Positions 63,976-64,000 of a DNA stretch of 64,000 nt are shown here, in pieces (position 1 is the first letter of the stretch; each line of letters begins with the position of its first letter). A program made the position numbers and the translations under genes. The notes beneath the pieces are model-generated. The model was not told where the DNA came from and ran no database searches. It was given only the letters and a program-made list of their open reading frames with translations. The DNA lies in sequence record CP128686.1, one strand, 5' to 3'. This DNA comes from a plasmid.

Positions 63976-64000
63976 TTGTGGATAACCGTTGAGGATCAAG

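Overview
Mosaic region of a large enterobacterial conjugative-type plasmid (most likely Klebsiella/E. coli, IncFIB/IncHI-like backbone), read directly from the sequence and the ORF track. The centre is a complete tellurite-resistance island on the minus strand, terZABCDEF (14441-20340). Divergently transcribed from it on the plus strand is the Ter-associated biosynthetic operon (20646-27356): an ATP-grasp enzyme, two phosphoribosyltransferase-like proteins, a HAD phosphatase, a CitE/HpcH-like lyase, a DUF4236 protein and a TerW-like regulator. Next comes the terY/terX module (27836-35237): a vWA TerY, a TerD-family TerX, a second TerY disrupted by IS903B, then the TerY-P triad of vWA protein with zinc ribbon, PP2C phosphatase and Ser/Thr kinase. 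The left part (1-13032) is a patchwork: a KAP P-loop NTPase interrupted by an in-frame stop, an Lrp-EamA pair, an IS110-family IS, a quinone oxidoreductase, a Tn3-family tnpA-res-tnpR unit with an alpha/beta-hydrolase passenger, a resolvase remnant and a 3'-truncated IS903-like element. The right part carries a low-GC accessory islet (EcsC, DUF2971-like, secreted protein) and a GNAT/DUF1778 toxin-antitoxin pair. It also carries a RepFIB-like iteron replicon embedded in an unusually large iteron field of about 3 kb, a CoiA-like gene, a tyrosine recombinase and an uncharacterised seven-gene cluster. Further right are a nested IS2-like/IS110/IS66 cluster, a decayed Phd-like antitoxin and an F-type sopABC partition locus with twelve 43-bp sopC repeats. 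No rRNA, tRNA or CRISPR array was found.
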